A DNA stretch of 64,000 bases from an uncultured Candidatus Saccharibacteria bacterium (lineage in GTDB: Bacteria > Patescibacteriota > Minisyncoccia > Phycocordibacterales > CSBR16-119), in assembly GCA_964589975.1 (NCBI GenBank), contig CAZPVH010000001.1, forward strand, positions 100,853-164,852, written 5' to 3'. The notes below the pieces were generated by a model, which was not told where the DNA came from, made no database searches, and saw only the letters and a program-made list of their open reading frames with translations. Of the stretch, positions 7,786-17,356 are shown piece after piece. The translations under genes and the position numbers were made by a program. The first letter of the stretch is position 1. Each line of letters opens with the position of its first letter.

Positions 7786-9501
7786 ATGGTTAATCGCATC
7801 ATCGGTCTACTTAATCGTGAGTTCAAGAATATAAACCAAGCGGCTATAATTCTCGGAACTTTTACGCTACTTTCGCAGATTTTGGCGATGCTTCGCGATA
7901 GGGCATTCGCGCATTTTTTGGGTGCGTCTTCAACTCTTGATATTTACTATGCGTCATTTAAAATTCCGGATATTATTTTTGTTTCGGTCGCTTCACTTGC
8001 GTCGATTACCGTGCTCCTACCTTTTTTGGTGGACAAAATTGGTCTAAAAGAAGATGGTGAACTAAACGGAGGTAGTGAGTCAGCGCGAAAACTTTTAAAT
8101 GACGTTTTTACAATCTTTATATCCATGATGATTATAGTTTCTGGTATCGCTTTTATCTTTGCGCCAGAACTCGCGAAGTTTGTTGCCCCAGGTTTTAACC
8201 CACTCGAGCTCAAAGAGCTCGTTTCTATAACGCGAATCATGCTGTTGTCTCCGATACTTCTCGGGCTCTCAAATCTTGTCGGGTCTGTAACCCAAATGTT
8301 CAAAAAATTCTTCGTTTTTGCCCTTTCGCCGGTCTTTTACAATATCGGAATCATACTAGGTGTCGTCGTACTATATCCTAGTTTTGGTCTTACAGGACTT
8401 GCTATTGGGGTAGTTTTTGGCGCGCTACTGCATCTTTTGATCCAGTTTCCGGTCCTGGCCAGGCACCACTTCTTGCCAAAGTTGTCTTTCTCGATTGACT
8501 GGGGTCAGATCAAAAAAATATCTATGCTTTCTCTTCCGCGGACGCTCGGACTCGCTCTCAACAGTCTGGCTTTGGTGGTCATAACTGCGCTTGCATCAAA
8601 AATGGGCGAGGGGGCCATCTCAATATTTCAATTTTCTTTAAATTTTCAAAATGTACCGCTTGGAATTATCGGAGTCTCTTATTCAGTGGCTGCTTTTCCA
8701 ACGCTGGCCCGGTATTTTTCAGGATCAAATATGAAAGATTTCGTCGCCTACATTGCCGTGGCTGCGCGACAGATAATTTTCTGGTGCATGCCGATTATGT
8801 TTATCTTTATCGTTCTCCGAGCTCAAATTGTTCGCGTTATTCTCGGGACCGGTCTCTTTTCCTGGGACGATACGCGTCTGACGGCTGCTGGACTTGCGCT
8901 TTTCTCGCTCTCTATTGTTGGTCAAAGCCTCATACTTCTCTTTACTCGCGGATATTATGCGGCGGGGAACACCCGGCGGCCGCTTTATATAAATTTAATT
9001 TCTGCTGGAGCAACTATTATTTTGGCTATGGTCCTTGTAAACGTTTTCCACACGAACCCAAGTTTTCAGTACTTCATTGAGGCGCTTCTGCGAATTGAGA
9101 ATATCCCTCATACGGAAATAGTCATGCTGCCCCTCGCATACTCGATCGGGTCGATTACTAACATACTTCTTCTCTGGGGATTTTTCCGCCGCGATTTTAA
9201 GATTAAAGACGCATTTCTCTTCCGATCTTTCGCTCAGAGCTTTGCCGGCGCGTTTTTCATAGGCTACGTTACCTACATTTCACTAAATATTTTTGATGAA
9301 GTCTTCAACATAGATACTTTTTGGGGAATCTTGGGCCAAGGAGTGTCTTCGGGGCTCATCGGTATAGTTTGCGGCATAATTGTGCTTAAGCTGTTGAAAA
9401 ACCGGGAGCTAGAAATCATATTACAGAGCTTAAAATCACGAAAACTTTTCAAAACAGAAGTCATTTCTTCAGGGGGGGACGAAATGCAAAGTGGTTCCTA
9501 G
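7786..9501 (+). CDS. murJ: Lipid II flippase MurJ/MviN family
   Basis: Polytopic protein of 571 aa. N-terminus ...NQAAIILGTFTLLSQILAMLRDRAFAHFLGASSTLDIYYASFKIPD is typical of MurJ. Confidence 0.8.
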   Translation: MVNRIIGLLNREFKNINQAAIILGTFTLLSQILAMLRDRAFAHFLGASSTLDIYYASFKIPDIIFVSVASLASITVLLPFLVDKIGLKEDGELNGGSESARKLLNDVFTIFISMMIIVSGIAFIFAPELAKFVAPGFNPLELKELVSITRIMLLSPILLGLSNLVGSVTQMFKKFFVFALSPVFYNIGIILGVVVLYPSFGLTGLAIGVVFGALLHLLIQFPVLARHHFLPKLSFSIDWGQIKKISMLSLPRTLGLALNSLALVVITALASKMGEGAISIFQFSLNFQNVPLGIIGVSYSVAAFPTLARYFSGSNMKDFVAYIAVAARQIIFWCMPIMFIFIVLRAQIVRVILGTGLFSWDDTRLTAAGLALFSLSIVGQSLILLFTRGYYAAGNTRRPLYINLISAGATIILAMVLVNVFHTNPSFQYFIEALLRIENIPHTEIVMLPLAYSIGSITNILLLWGFFRRDFKIKDAFLFRSFAQSFAGAFFIGYVTYISLNIFDEVFNIDTFWGILGQGVSSGLIGIVCGIIVLKLLKNRELEIILQSLKSRKLFKTEVISSGGDEMQSGS

Positions 9502-9545
9502 GGTGGAGTATTTTCATATATAGAGTTCTCAACACTTTTTACTGG

Positions 9546-9575
9546 TTGACAACTGTTTTTCGTTGTAAAATATAG
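9546..9575 (+). promoter_or_regulatory. Sigma-70-like promoter for the giant surface protein gene
   Basis: Canonical TTGACA (9546-9551) followed by an AT-rich -10 region (TAAAATATAG) about 40 nt upstream of the start at 9617. Confidence 0.35.
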
Positions 9576-9616
9576 ACATGATAGTTCCCGGAATACGGTT
9601 GAGAATTCATTTGCGA

Positions 9617-12600
9617 ATGAAGAAGCTTTTTTCGCTTGTTCTGCTTTTTGCCTTAACGTTTTCTCCATTTACCAATCCTGTTTTTGCGGCCCCCGGCGTT
9701 CCAGAAATACTTAGCCATCAGGGACGACTTCTTGATTCCTCGGGGAATTTACTGGGCGGATCTAGTGGAACAAATTATTGCTTTAGATTCTCTTTTTACG
9801 ACGATGCAACTGTGGGTGGCGGCGATGTGAAGTTGTGGCCATTAGGTACGCCGTCAACTATGACTGCAAGTGTTGTTTCAGGGGTATTTAATGTCGGAAT
9901 CGGCGATACTGGCGCTGGCGGGGACGTGCTTGATTTTGATTTTAATTCGACGGATACTGTTTATTTAAACACCGAGGTTGCAGCGCAGATTAGCGGATCA
10001 TGCTCGGGTGTTACTTTTGAGAATCTTTCTCCTCGTCAGAGAATAAATTCTTCGGGTTTTGCCATCAACGCTTCAACCGTAGGCGGCTTTACGGCTTCTC
10101 AGTCGGCCGATGGCAATGACGTTGTGGCCCTCACTTCAGATGATCTCATTTTGGGTGGAACAAATCCTGATTTTGGTGCAACGGGAACAAACACTTTGAC
10201 TCTCCAGGGCAATGGCGCGACAGGTAATATAAATTTCTTTTCCGCATCAAATTCGCTTTCTTCGGGGGGAAACCTTGATGTGGCAGGAACCCTTCAATCC
10301 GGATCGTCAAATGTCTCACTGACGCTTGCGACAGGCTTCGTCGATGCGGACGCGCTCACACTTACCGGTGCAGCCGATGGCGGAACCGGAACCTCTTCCG
10401 GTTCGGGACTTATAGCTCGAAATGACGGCATAGGACTTCTTCAGGGCTGCAGCGACGGGCAGATTCTTAAGTGGATTGAAGCTACTGATACGTGGGATTG
10501 CGCTGCGGATAATAGTGGTGGCGGACTCACAGATTCGGATTATGGAGACATTGTCGTTTCTGGTGGAGGCGGCGTTTGGACTATCGATAACGGCGTCGTA
10601 ACCTCGGCTAAAATTGCAGACAATACTATCGCTAACGCCGACCTTGCCGCAGGAACATTCTCTAGTATCACTGGCACTGGCGCTCTCGGAGCTGGCTCCA
10701 TTACATCAGGATTTGGCGCTATTGATGTGGGAGCAGACAACATTACTACAACAGGTATAGTTTCAACTGATACGCTGACGCTTACTAACACCGGCACGTT
10801 GAATGGGCTTGATGTGATTGATGCTGCGTCGGAATCTACGATCGAAGGTGCCATCGATACACTAGCCAACCTTACGAGTATCCAAGGAAATTCTTTCACG
10901 GTTTCTGGTGCCACGACAGTCTCAGGTACCAACACGGGCGACCAGACTTCGGTTACCGGCAACGCAGGCACCGTCACCTTTGCTGATGCCGGCGGTGACA
11001 CAACAACATTCGTTGCTCTTGGAACTTCCGCCACAGGATCGCTTGCGCCAGCAACCGATGCAGGACTTACTTACAATGCCACCACAAACGCTCTTACAGC
11101 AACAACCTTCGTCGGAGGTCTTACTGGTAACGTAACTGGTAATGCCGATACGGCGACAGCACTCGCAGCCAATCCATCTGATTGCGGAGCAAATGCTTTT
11201 GCCACAACTATCGCTGCAAACGGAAATCTGACCTGCGCAAGTATCACCGATGCGGATGTGCCGAATGATATAACGATCGATTTGGCTGCGCTCGCCTCGA
11301 CCGTGACCGTTGTTGACTCAACAGACGCTACCTCTTTCATTGGCATCTACGATTCAGCGACTGGATCATTGGCGCCAAAAACTGACGGAGCTCTAACTTA
11401 TAATGCTTCGACGGGAGTACTTTCGGCAACGACTTTTGTTGGCGCGCTTACCGGAGCTGCCACAGATCTAAATTGTACGGACTGCATTGGTCCTACAGAA
11501 ATAACAGATCTTACTCTTGGAACCGATACGGCAGGAAACTATGTCGCAACCGTAACAGGCGGAGCCGGCCTCACGGGATCTGGCGCTGCCGAAGGTTCAA
11601 CCCCGACACTAGCAGTTGTCTCCGGTAACGGAGGTATTATCGCTAACGCTGACGACATCACGCTTACCGTTGCGCCGTCAGCGAATGCATTATCTTCTAC
11701 GACTTCAACAGGATCCGGTCTTGAGATTCTTTCGACCGGCATCGCGCTTCTACAAGGCTGCAGTGATGGAAATATTCTCAAGTGGGTAGAAGCGACCGAC
11801 ACATGGGACTGTTCAGTCGATAATGCCGGTGGAGGATTGTCAGATGCTGATTATGGCGATATTACGGTATCCTCATCGGGTTCAGTTTGGACTATCGATA
11901 ACGGCGTCGTAACCTCGGCTAAAATTGCAGACAATACTATCGCTAACGCCGACCTTGCCGCAGGAACATTCTCTAGTATCACTGGCACTGGCGCTCTCGG
12001 AGCTGGCTCCATTACATCAGGATTTGGCGCTATTGATGTGGGAGCAGACAACATTACTACAACAGGTATAGTTTCAACTGATACGCTGACGCTTACTAAC
12101 ACCGGCACGTTGAATGGGCTTGATGTGATTGATGCGACCGGCGAAGCAACTCTCGAGGGCGCGCTCGATATTGCTGGAGATATTGACGGGACTGGTCTTA
12201 CGGCGGTGGACCTCGATGAAGCTGCCGTAGAGGCCGAACTCGAAGCAGTGCTTGATCTTGCTGATATGCAGGGCGCGGTCACAGATGCTCAGGTTCCTGA
12301 CAATATAACGGTTGACTCTGCTACCACAGCGGGAACAGTTACTTTTGCAGACGCCGGCGGAGATACAACGACATTCGTCGCACTCGGAACCTCTGCAACG
12401 GGTTCACTTGCGCCTGCAACTGATGCAGGTCTTACATATAACGCGACGACGAATGCGCTTACGGCAACAACATTTGTTGGAGGACTTACAGGAAATGTTA
12501 CTGGTAATGCCGATACGGCCACAGCTCTCGCGGCGAACCCAACAGACTGCGGAGCGAATACTTTTGCGACAACTATTGCCGCTAACGGAAATCTTACATG

Positions 12601-15600
12601 TGCCTCGATTTTGGATGCAGATGTACCAAACAACATCACAATAGACCTTGCAACCCTTGCTTCGACCGTAACTGTTGTAGACGGAACAGATTCGACCTCG
12701 TTCGTTGCAATATTTGATTCTGCAACTGGATCACTTGCTGCCAAGACTGATGGCGGTCTTCTTTATGATGCTTCGACAGGCACTTTGACCGCAACAGTTC
12801 TCTCGACAGACACGCTTACGCTCACTGGTACTGGAACAATCAACGGACTTGACGTGATAGACGCGACTTCGGAATCGACAATCGAAGCCGCGCTCGATAC
12901 GCTTTCGAACGTTACGACTGTCGGTACGCTCAACGCAGGCTCGATCACTTCCGGATTCGGTGCGATCGATGTTGGCACTGACAGTATTACCACCACTGGA
13001 ACTATCGGTTCAACCGGTAGTGCAAAGTTTACCGGAGACACGGCTACTCTATCGGGAGCAATTGCTGCAAATGGTGGAATCACTTTCGATAACTCTACAG
13101 ATACTTTGGGTGCTTTCACGGCGGGTGGAACTATCGATATGAATACTCAAATTCTCGCCGGTAGCACAGGTAGAATCGATTACACAAATTTTGATGTTGG
13201 CGCCACAGGAAATACGGATATCGGCGGGACAATTACAGCTGGTTCAGGAAATGAGGCTATTACTTTGTCTACGGGTAAAATAGATGCTGACGCAATAAGT
13301 CTCGTAACTGCAACAGATGGCCTTACTGGAACATCTTCAGCTTCGGGGCTTGCCACGTATTCTGACACATTGTCGCTTCTCCAAGGGTGCAGCGACGGCC
13401 AGGTTTTAGCTTGGGTGGAGTCGACTGATACGTGGGACTGTACGACAGTTAGCGCCGGTTCTGGAGACATAACTTCCGTTGGTGATGTTGCTTCGGGGGC
13501 CGCGTTTGACGGTACACAAGGCACAACGCTTACGTTTAATGACACCGATGGAGACAAGACGTTTAAATATGATACGACAAACAATTGGTTCGAGCTCAAT
13601 GATAATATCGCCATAGGCTCTGCTGGTGTTCTTATGACAGATGACGGTGACGGTGCGCTAACGCTTCTTGGTATGGGAGATGGTTCTGACGAAGATTTGA
13701 CGATAAATCTTGACGACACCTCGAATACGGTAGTGGTCTCTTCTTCAACAGGTGTCACTAATATGACATTTACATCGATCGGTGCGACGTTTGGAAGTGA
13801 CGTTACTTTAAATACTCAAAGCGACTTACGTTTGGCCGATTCAGACAGCTCGAATTGGGTGGCATTCCAGGCGCCGGCAACCGTTGGATCAAACATTACT
13901 TGGACACTTCCATCTGCTGACGCAGAAGGTTGTTTTAAATCAAATGGCTCCGGAACAGTTTCAATAGGATCTTGTGGAGATACTAAAATACAGACATATA
14001 CCGCTGATGATACGTGGACTAAACCGTCTGACGCTCTTTTGGTTATTGTCCAAGGGTGGGGCGGAGGCGGAGGCGGAGGCGGAGGAACCGGCGGCTCAAC
14101 TGCTGCTACTCGTTCTGGCGGAGGCGGAGGTGGAGGCGGCGCATATAATCAAAAAATAATTTCAGCTAGTGATCTTGCTAGTAGTGTGAGCGTTGAAGTG
14201 GGTGACGGTGGAACAGCTGGTACAGCAGGATCTAGTGGCGTCGGTGGTGTGGGAGGTTCGGGCGGAAGTACTTGTTTTAGCTCATCAGCAGCATGTGGTG
14301 GAACTAATTACTTCATTACTCGTGCTGGCGGAGGAGGTTCTGGATCTGGTACGGCAGGAAACGGCGGAGGCGGAGGCGGAGGCCTCGGTTCTGCCGGTGC
14401 TGTCGGTTCGGGCGCTACGGGAGGCTCTGGCGGTACACCAGCCGGCGCCTCAGATGCTTCTACGGATGGATTTGCGGGAGGCGGAGGAGGAAACTCAGGT
14501 ACTTCTGCTGGAGCGTCTGCCGGTAATTTGGCTGCTTGGGGCGGAGGTGGCGGGGGTGCTTCTACCACAGCGGGAGGCGCGGTTTCTGGTGAAGGAGGAA
14601 GTGCAATTCGCGGTGCCGGAGCCGGCGGCGGAGGTGGAAGTAATCCATCTGGCTGTGCTTCTTTCCGGGGAGGAGGAGACGGAGGAGCTAGCTCTTCCGG
14701 AGCATTGGGTGGCGGTGGAACAGGAGCGCTTGCGCAAGGAATAAATGGTGGTGCTGGAGCTGATAGCACTATATCGAGCCAAAATGGCGGTTCCGGCGGC
14801 GGCGGTGCGGCAAGTCATTGTTCGGGTACCGGGGGAACAGGGGGTGCTGGAGGTATTCCGGGTGGCGGAGGTGGCGGAGGCGGCGCTGGTGCGACCACAA
14901 CAGGTGGTGCCGGAGGAGTTGGTGCTCGCGGTGAATTGCAAGTCTGGACACTTCGGGGGGCGGGTGCCGACCTTGCTGAAATATATGCTACAAACGAGAT
15001 AGATATTGGTCCTGGCGATCTTGTTTCTATTGATCCAGAAATGAATGCCGGAGTCAAAAAGACTAACAAAAAATATGATCACATGGCGATTGGAGTAGTT
15101 TCAACAGAGCCGGGACTAACGATCGGTAATATGGATGAGGATCCGAATGCGTTCCAGCCAGTGCTTATTGCGCTTGCTGGGCGCGTGCCAATGAAGGTTA
15201 ATCTTGAGAATGGCCCGATTGTAAAAGGAGATCTTCTTACCCCGTCATCTGTTCCGGGTGTTGCCATGAAGGCGACAAAGGCGGGTATCGTCGTGGGTCA
15301 ATCAATGACTGACTACAACGGCGATATGCCAACGCAGATTGAATTGGGCTACGGCTATGTTGTTGCCTTTATTAAGAATGCATACAGTAATGGTTCAAAG
15401 CTTGCTGATATCTTGCCTGGACTTACGACCGCCGAAGAAGATGATATTCCGGAAGGAGATATATCTCAAACTTATCCAATAAATAGACAAGCGCTCGAGT
15501 ATTTCTTGGCTCACCGCGCGGAGCTTGGTCCGGAAACAGAACTTTCTGAAATCTATACAGATCGCCTAAGCGCCGGTCTTGAAGTCATCACTCCGACCTT

Positions 15601-16753
15601 GATTGCCGACTCTGTTGAAACTCATACCATATCATCGTCCCATGAGACCGGTGAGGTCCGTGTAGTGCTTGGCGAGACTGGTAAATTTATAATTGGTGGT
15701 GAGGTTGTTTCACTAGAAGACGATGAAGAGTCAGAATCATCTGCAAGTGTTCAAATTGATGCAAGCGGGAATGCTTACTTTGCCGGTACAGTTACGGCAA
15801 AGAATGTCGTAGCTGAAACTATTTCAGGACTTGAGGTATATACGAACAAAATTTCATCGCTCTCTGAGGCGGTTGAGACCGGATCAGCGAACAGCTCCGC
15901 GGATTTTTTGGAGCTAAATGGCAGAATTGGAACACTTGAGGAGCAGGCTGCTAACATTGCCGAGAACACGGCTGATACCCTAGAAGAAATTGAAACGGTA
16001 ATCGATGGTATTCTGGCTGGCGGTTACGCCATTAGTTTGTCAGATGTTGACATATCAGGCGCACTTAATGTAACCGAGCTTTCTACTTTGAGTGGAGGGC
16101 TTGCGGTCAATAGTATATCAGCCGTTGCGTCAGTTGACGGTCCCGAAGCGATGCTGTCTCTTATGAGCGACACAGAGTTTTTTGGTCGCCCGTACTTCAA
16201 TGCCGATACTGCAGGTTTTGCGGTGATTCTGGCTGGGGCGCGATCGGTAGAAATTTCATTTACAGAACCATACTTGACCCAACCGGTCGTGAGCGCAGAC
16301 ATATCTCTTGAACAGCAGGATGAAGAAGAGGATAATTTTGATCTAGAAGAGTCATTTTTTGCCGCGGGTATCGACTATGTTGTGACGCGTAAAAGTCCGG
16401 GGGGATTCACCATAGTTCTAAATCATCCTGCTCCTATGGATCTCAAGTTCTCTTGGATTGCCCTCGCTGTCAAAGATGCCCTAACACTTGTAAGCGAGCC
16501 ATCGGTACTAGATACCACATCTGATTTGGAAGAACCCGAACCCATGTCTGACCCAGACAATCAAGAACCTGAAGAATTATTGCCAGAAAATGAGACGGTA
16601 ATTCCTCAGGATGATGAATACGTGCCAGAAGAACTACCACCGCCAACCACTGAAACCATATCCGAAGGTGGGGAAAACCTGATTGAGGTGTCAGAACCCT
16701 CTACAGAACCTTCGGATTCAGGAGAAAGTATTATATCGGAACCACCGCTTTAA
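9617..16753 (+). CDS. Giant secreted repeat protein (2379 aa) with a signal peptide, three ~437-aa Thr/Gly/Ala-rich repeats, a C-terminal glycine-rich module and an acidic Pro/Glu tail
   Basis: ORF runs from 9578, with the likely start at MKKLFSLVLLFALTFSPFTNPVFA (9617). Repeat unit LLQGCSDGQILKW.EATDTWDC...SAKIADNTIANADLAAGTF... occurs three times. The segment at nt ~14040-14950 (LLVIVQGWGGGGGGGGG...) repeats the Gly-rich module of 759..3887. Coiled-coil-like and acidic PEEL tail. Confidence 0.8.
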   Translation: MKKLFSLVLLFALTFSPFTNPVFAAPGVPEILSHQGRLLDSSGNLLGGSSGTNYCFRFSFYDDATVGGGDVKLWPLGTPSTMTASVVSGVFNVGIGDTGAGGDVLDFDFNSTDTVYLNTEVAAQISGSCSGVTFENLSPRQRINSSGFAINASTVGGFTASQSADGNDVVALTSDDLILGGTNPDFGATGTNTLTLQGNGATGNINFFSASNSLSSGGNLDVAGTLQSGSSNVSLTLATGFVDADALTLTGAADGGTGTSSGSGLIARNDGIGLLQGCSDGQILKWIEATDTWDCAADNSGGGLTDSDYGDIVVSGGGGVWTIDNGVVTSAKIADNTIANADLAAGTFSSITGTGALGAGSITSGFGAIDVGADNITTTGIVSTDTLTLTNTGTLNGLDVIDAASESTIEGAIDTLANLTSIQGNSFTVSGATTVSGTNTGDQTSVTGNAGTVTFADAGGDTTTFVALGTSATGSLAPATDAGLTYNATTNALTATTFVGGLTGNVTGNADTATALAANPSDCGANAFATTIAANGNLTCASITDADVPNDITIDLAALASTVTVVDSTDATSFIGIYDSATGSLAPKTDGALTYNASTGVLSATTFVGALTGAATDLNCTDCIGPTEITDLTLGTDTAGNYVATVTGGAGLTGSGAAEGSTPTLAVVSGNGGIIANADDITLTVAPSANALSSTTSTGSGLEILSTGIALLQGCSDGNILKWVEATDTWDCSVDNAGGGLSDADYGDITVSSSGSVWTIDNGVVTSAKIADNTIANADLAAGTFSSITGTGALGAGSITSGFGAIDVGADNITTTGIVSTDTLTLTNTGTLNGLDVIDATGEATLEGALDIAGDIDGTGLTAVDLDEAAVEAELEAVLDLADMQGAVTDAQVPDNITVDSATTAGTVTFADAGGDTTTFVALGTSATGSLAPATDAGLTYNATTNALTATTFVGGLTGNVTGNADTATALAANPTDCGANTFATTIAANGNLTCASILDADVPNNITIDLATLASTVTVVDGTDSTSFVAIFDSATGSLAAKTDGGLLYDASTGTLTATVLSTDTLTLTGTGTINGLDVIDATSESTIEAALDTLSNVTTVGTLNAGSITSGFGAIDVGTDSITTTGTIGSTGSAKFTGDTATLSGAIAANGGITFDNSTDTLGAFTAGGTIDMNTQILAGSTGRIDYTNFDVGATGNTDIGGTITAGSGNEAITLSTGKIDADAISLVTATDGLTGTSSASGLATYSDTLSLLQGCSDGQVLAWVESTDTWDCTTVSAGSGDITSVGDVASGAAFDGTQGTTLTFNDTDGDKTFKYDTTNNWFELNDNIAIGSAGVLMTDDGDGALTLLGMGDGSDEDLTINLDDTSNTVVVSSSTGVTNMTFTSIGATFGSDVTLNTQSDLRLADSDSSNWVAFQAPATVGSNITWTLPSADAEGCFKSNGSGTVSIGSCGDTKIQTYTADDTWTKPSDALLVIVQGWGGGGGGGGGTGGSTAATRSGGGGGGGGAYNQKIISASDLASSVSVEVGDGGTAGTAGSSGVGGVGGSGGSTCFSSSAACGGTNYFITRAGGGGSGSGTAGNGGGGGGGLGSAGAVGSGATGGSGGTPAGASDASTDGFAGGGGGNSGTSAGASAGNLAAWGGGGGGASTTAGGAVSGEGGSAIRGAGAGGGGGSNPSGCASFRGGGDGGASSSGALGGGGTGALAQGINGGAGADSTISSQNGGSGGGGAASHCSGTGGTGGAGGIPGGGGGGGGAGATTTGGAGGVGARGELQVWTLRGAGADLAEIYATNEIDIGPGDLVSIDPEMNAGVKKTNKKYDHMAIGVVSTEPGLTIGNMDEDPNAFQPVLIALAGRVPMKVNLENGPIVKGDLLTPSSVPGVAMKATKAGIVVGQSMTDYNGDMPTQIELGYGYVVAFIKNAYSNGSKLADILPGLTTAEEDDIPEGDISQTYPINRQALEYFLAHRAELGPETELSEIYTDRLSAGLEVITPTLIADSVETHTISSSHETGEVRVVLGETGKFIIGGEVVSLEDDEESESSASVQIDASGNAYFAGTVTAKNVVAETISGLEVYTNKISSLSEAVETGSANSSADFLELNGRIGTLEEQAANIAENTADTLEEIETVIDGILAGGYAISLSDVDISGALNVTELSTLSGGLAVNSISAVASVDGPEAMLSLMSDTEFFGRPYFNADTAGFAVILAGARSVEISFTEPYLTQPVVSADISLEQQDEEEDNFDLEESFFAAGIDYVVTRKSPGGFTIVLNHPAPMDLKFSWIALAVKDALTLVSEPSVLDTTSDLEEPEPMSDPDNQEPEELLPENETVIPQDDEYVPEELPPPTTETISEGGENLIEVSEPSTEPSDSGESIISEPPL
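10574..10824 (+). repeat. 251-bp exact intragenic direct repeat (copy 1; copy 2 at 11885..12135)
   Basis: gtttggactatcgataacggcgtcgtaacc...cttgatgtgattgatgc is identical in both copies, offset by 1311 bp. The flanking repeat sequence is only ~80% identical at nt level, with mostly synonymous changes. Confidence 0.85.
11885..12135 (+). repeat. 251-bp exact intragenic direct repeat (copy 2)
   Basis: Identical to 10574..10824. Confidence 0.85.
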
Positions 16754-16761
16754 TTTTCAAC

Positions 16762-16789
16762 TTGTTTTTGCGTGGCGCGTACTTATAAT
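16762..16789 (+). promoter_or_regulatory. Candidate promoter
   Basis: TTGTTT, 16-bp spacer, TATAAT (16784-16789), upstream of CDS 16825. Confidence 0.3.
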
Positions 16790-16824
16790 ATAGGGGTCAG
16801 CAATTAGCTAAACATTAAAATATT

Positions 16825-17307
16825 ATGCCAAAAGAATCAGTAGAAACTTTGTCTTCAAGAACAGCGGTTAAAAAATCTGGTAATGCTATGAATAAAGTTC
16901 TCGGGGCGATCGTCATTATCCTTGGAGGTCTTGCCTTTTATTTCTATATGCAATACAGCAACTTGCAAGAAAATCCCAGCGCCGACGCTGAGGCGGAGGT
17001 AAATGAATTAGTTGCCCAGGTGGGAAAATTGATTGTTTTGCCGGAGGAGAGGCCGACGGTTGCAACTGTGACAGACGTAGAGAAGCTTAAAGATCAGCCA
17101 TTTTTCGCTAAGGCCAAAAATGGAGACAAGGTGTTAATATTTACGCAGTCAAAGAAGGCTATACTTTTTGATCCGGCAGCTAATAAGATAATAGAAGTTG
17201 CGCCAATAAATATAGGCGATTCGGCCAAGACCCAGGTCAAGGCCGCCCCAGTCGCGCCTGCACCAGCGCAGAGTTCCGAGTCTGAGACAACAAATACAAA
17301 TCCATAA
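16825..17307 (+). CDS. Hypothetical membrane-anchored protein
   Basis: 160-aa ORF with one TM segment (VLGAIVIILGGLAFYFYM), possibly starting at the internal MNKVL. No family recognised. Confidence 0.5.
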   Translation: MPKESVETLSSRTAVKKSGNAMNKVLGAIVIILGGLAFYFYMQYSNLQENPSADAEAEVNELVAQVGKLIVLPEERPTVATVTDVEKLKDQPFFAKAKNGDKVLIFTQSKKAILFDPAANKIIEVAPINIGDSAKTQVKAAPVAPAPAQSSESETTNTNP

Positions 17308-17317
17308 ATCTTAATCG

Positions 17318-17347
17318 CACGAGCCCCAGTGGGGGCTTTTGTGTTAA
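17318..17347 (+). terminator. Rho-independent terminator
   Basis: gagcccc-agt-gggggct followed by TTTTGTGTT. Confidence 0.6.
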
Positions 17348-17356
17348 AATATTTAT

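Noticed and set aside
10540-15082. Multiple 80-195-aa minus-strand ORFs (10540..11034, 11851..12282, 12289..12744, 13180..13758, 14308..14769, 14495..15082) inside the giant gene
   Set aside because: They are Pro/Ala/Val/Ser-rich antisense translations of the Thr/Gly/Ala-rich repeats and GGN codon runs (GGC antisense is GCC/CCx). They are repeat-induced shadow ORFs, not genes.
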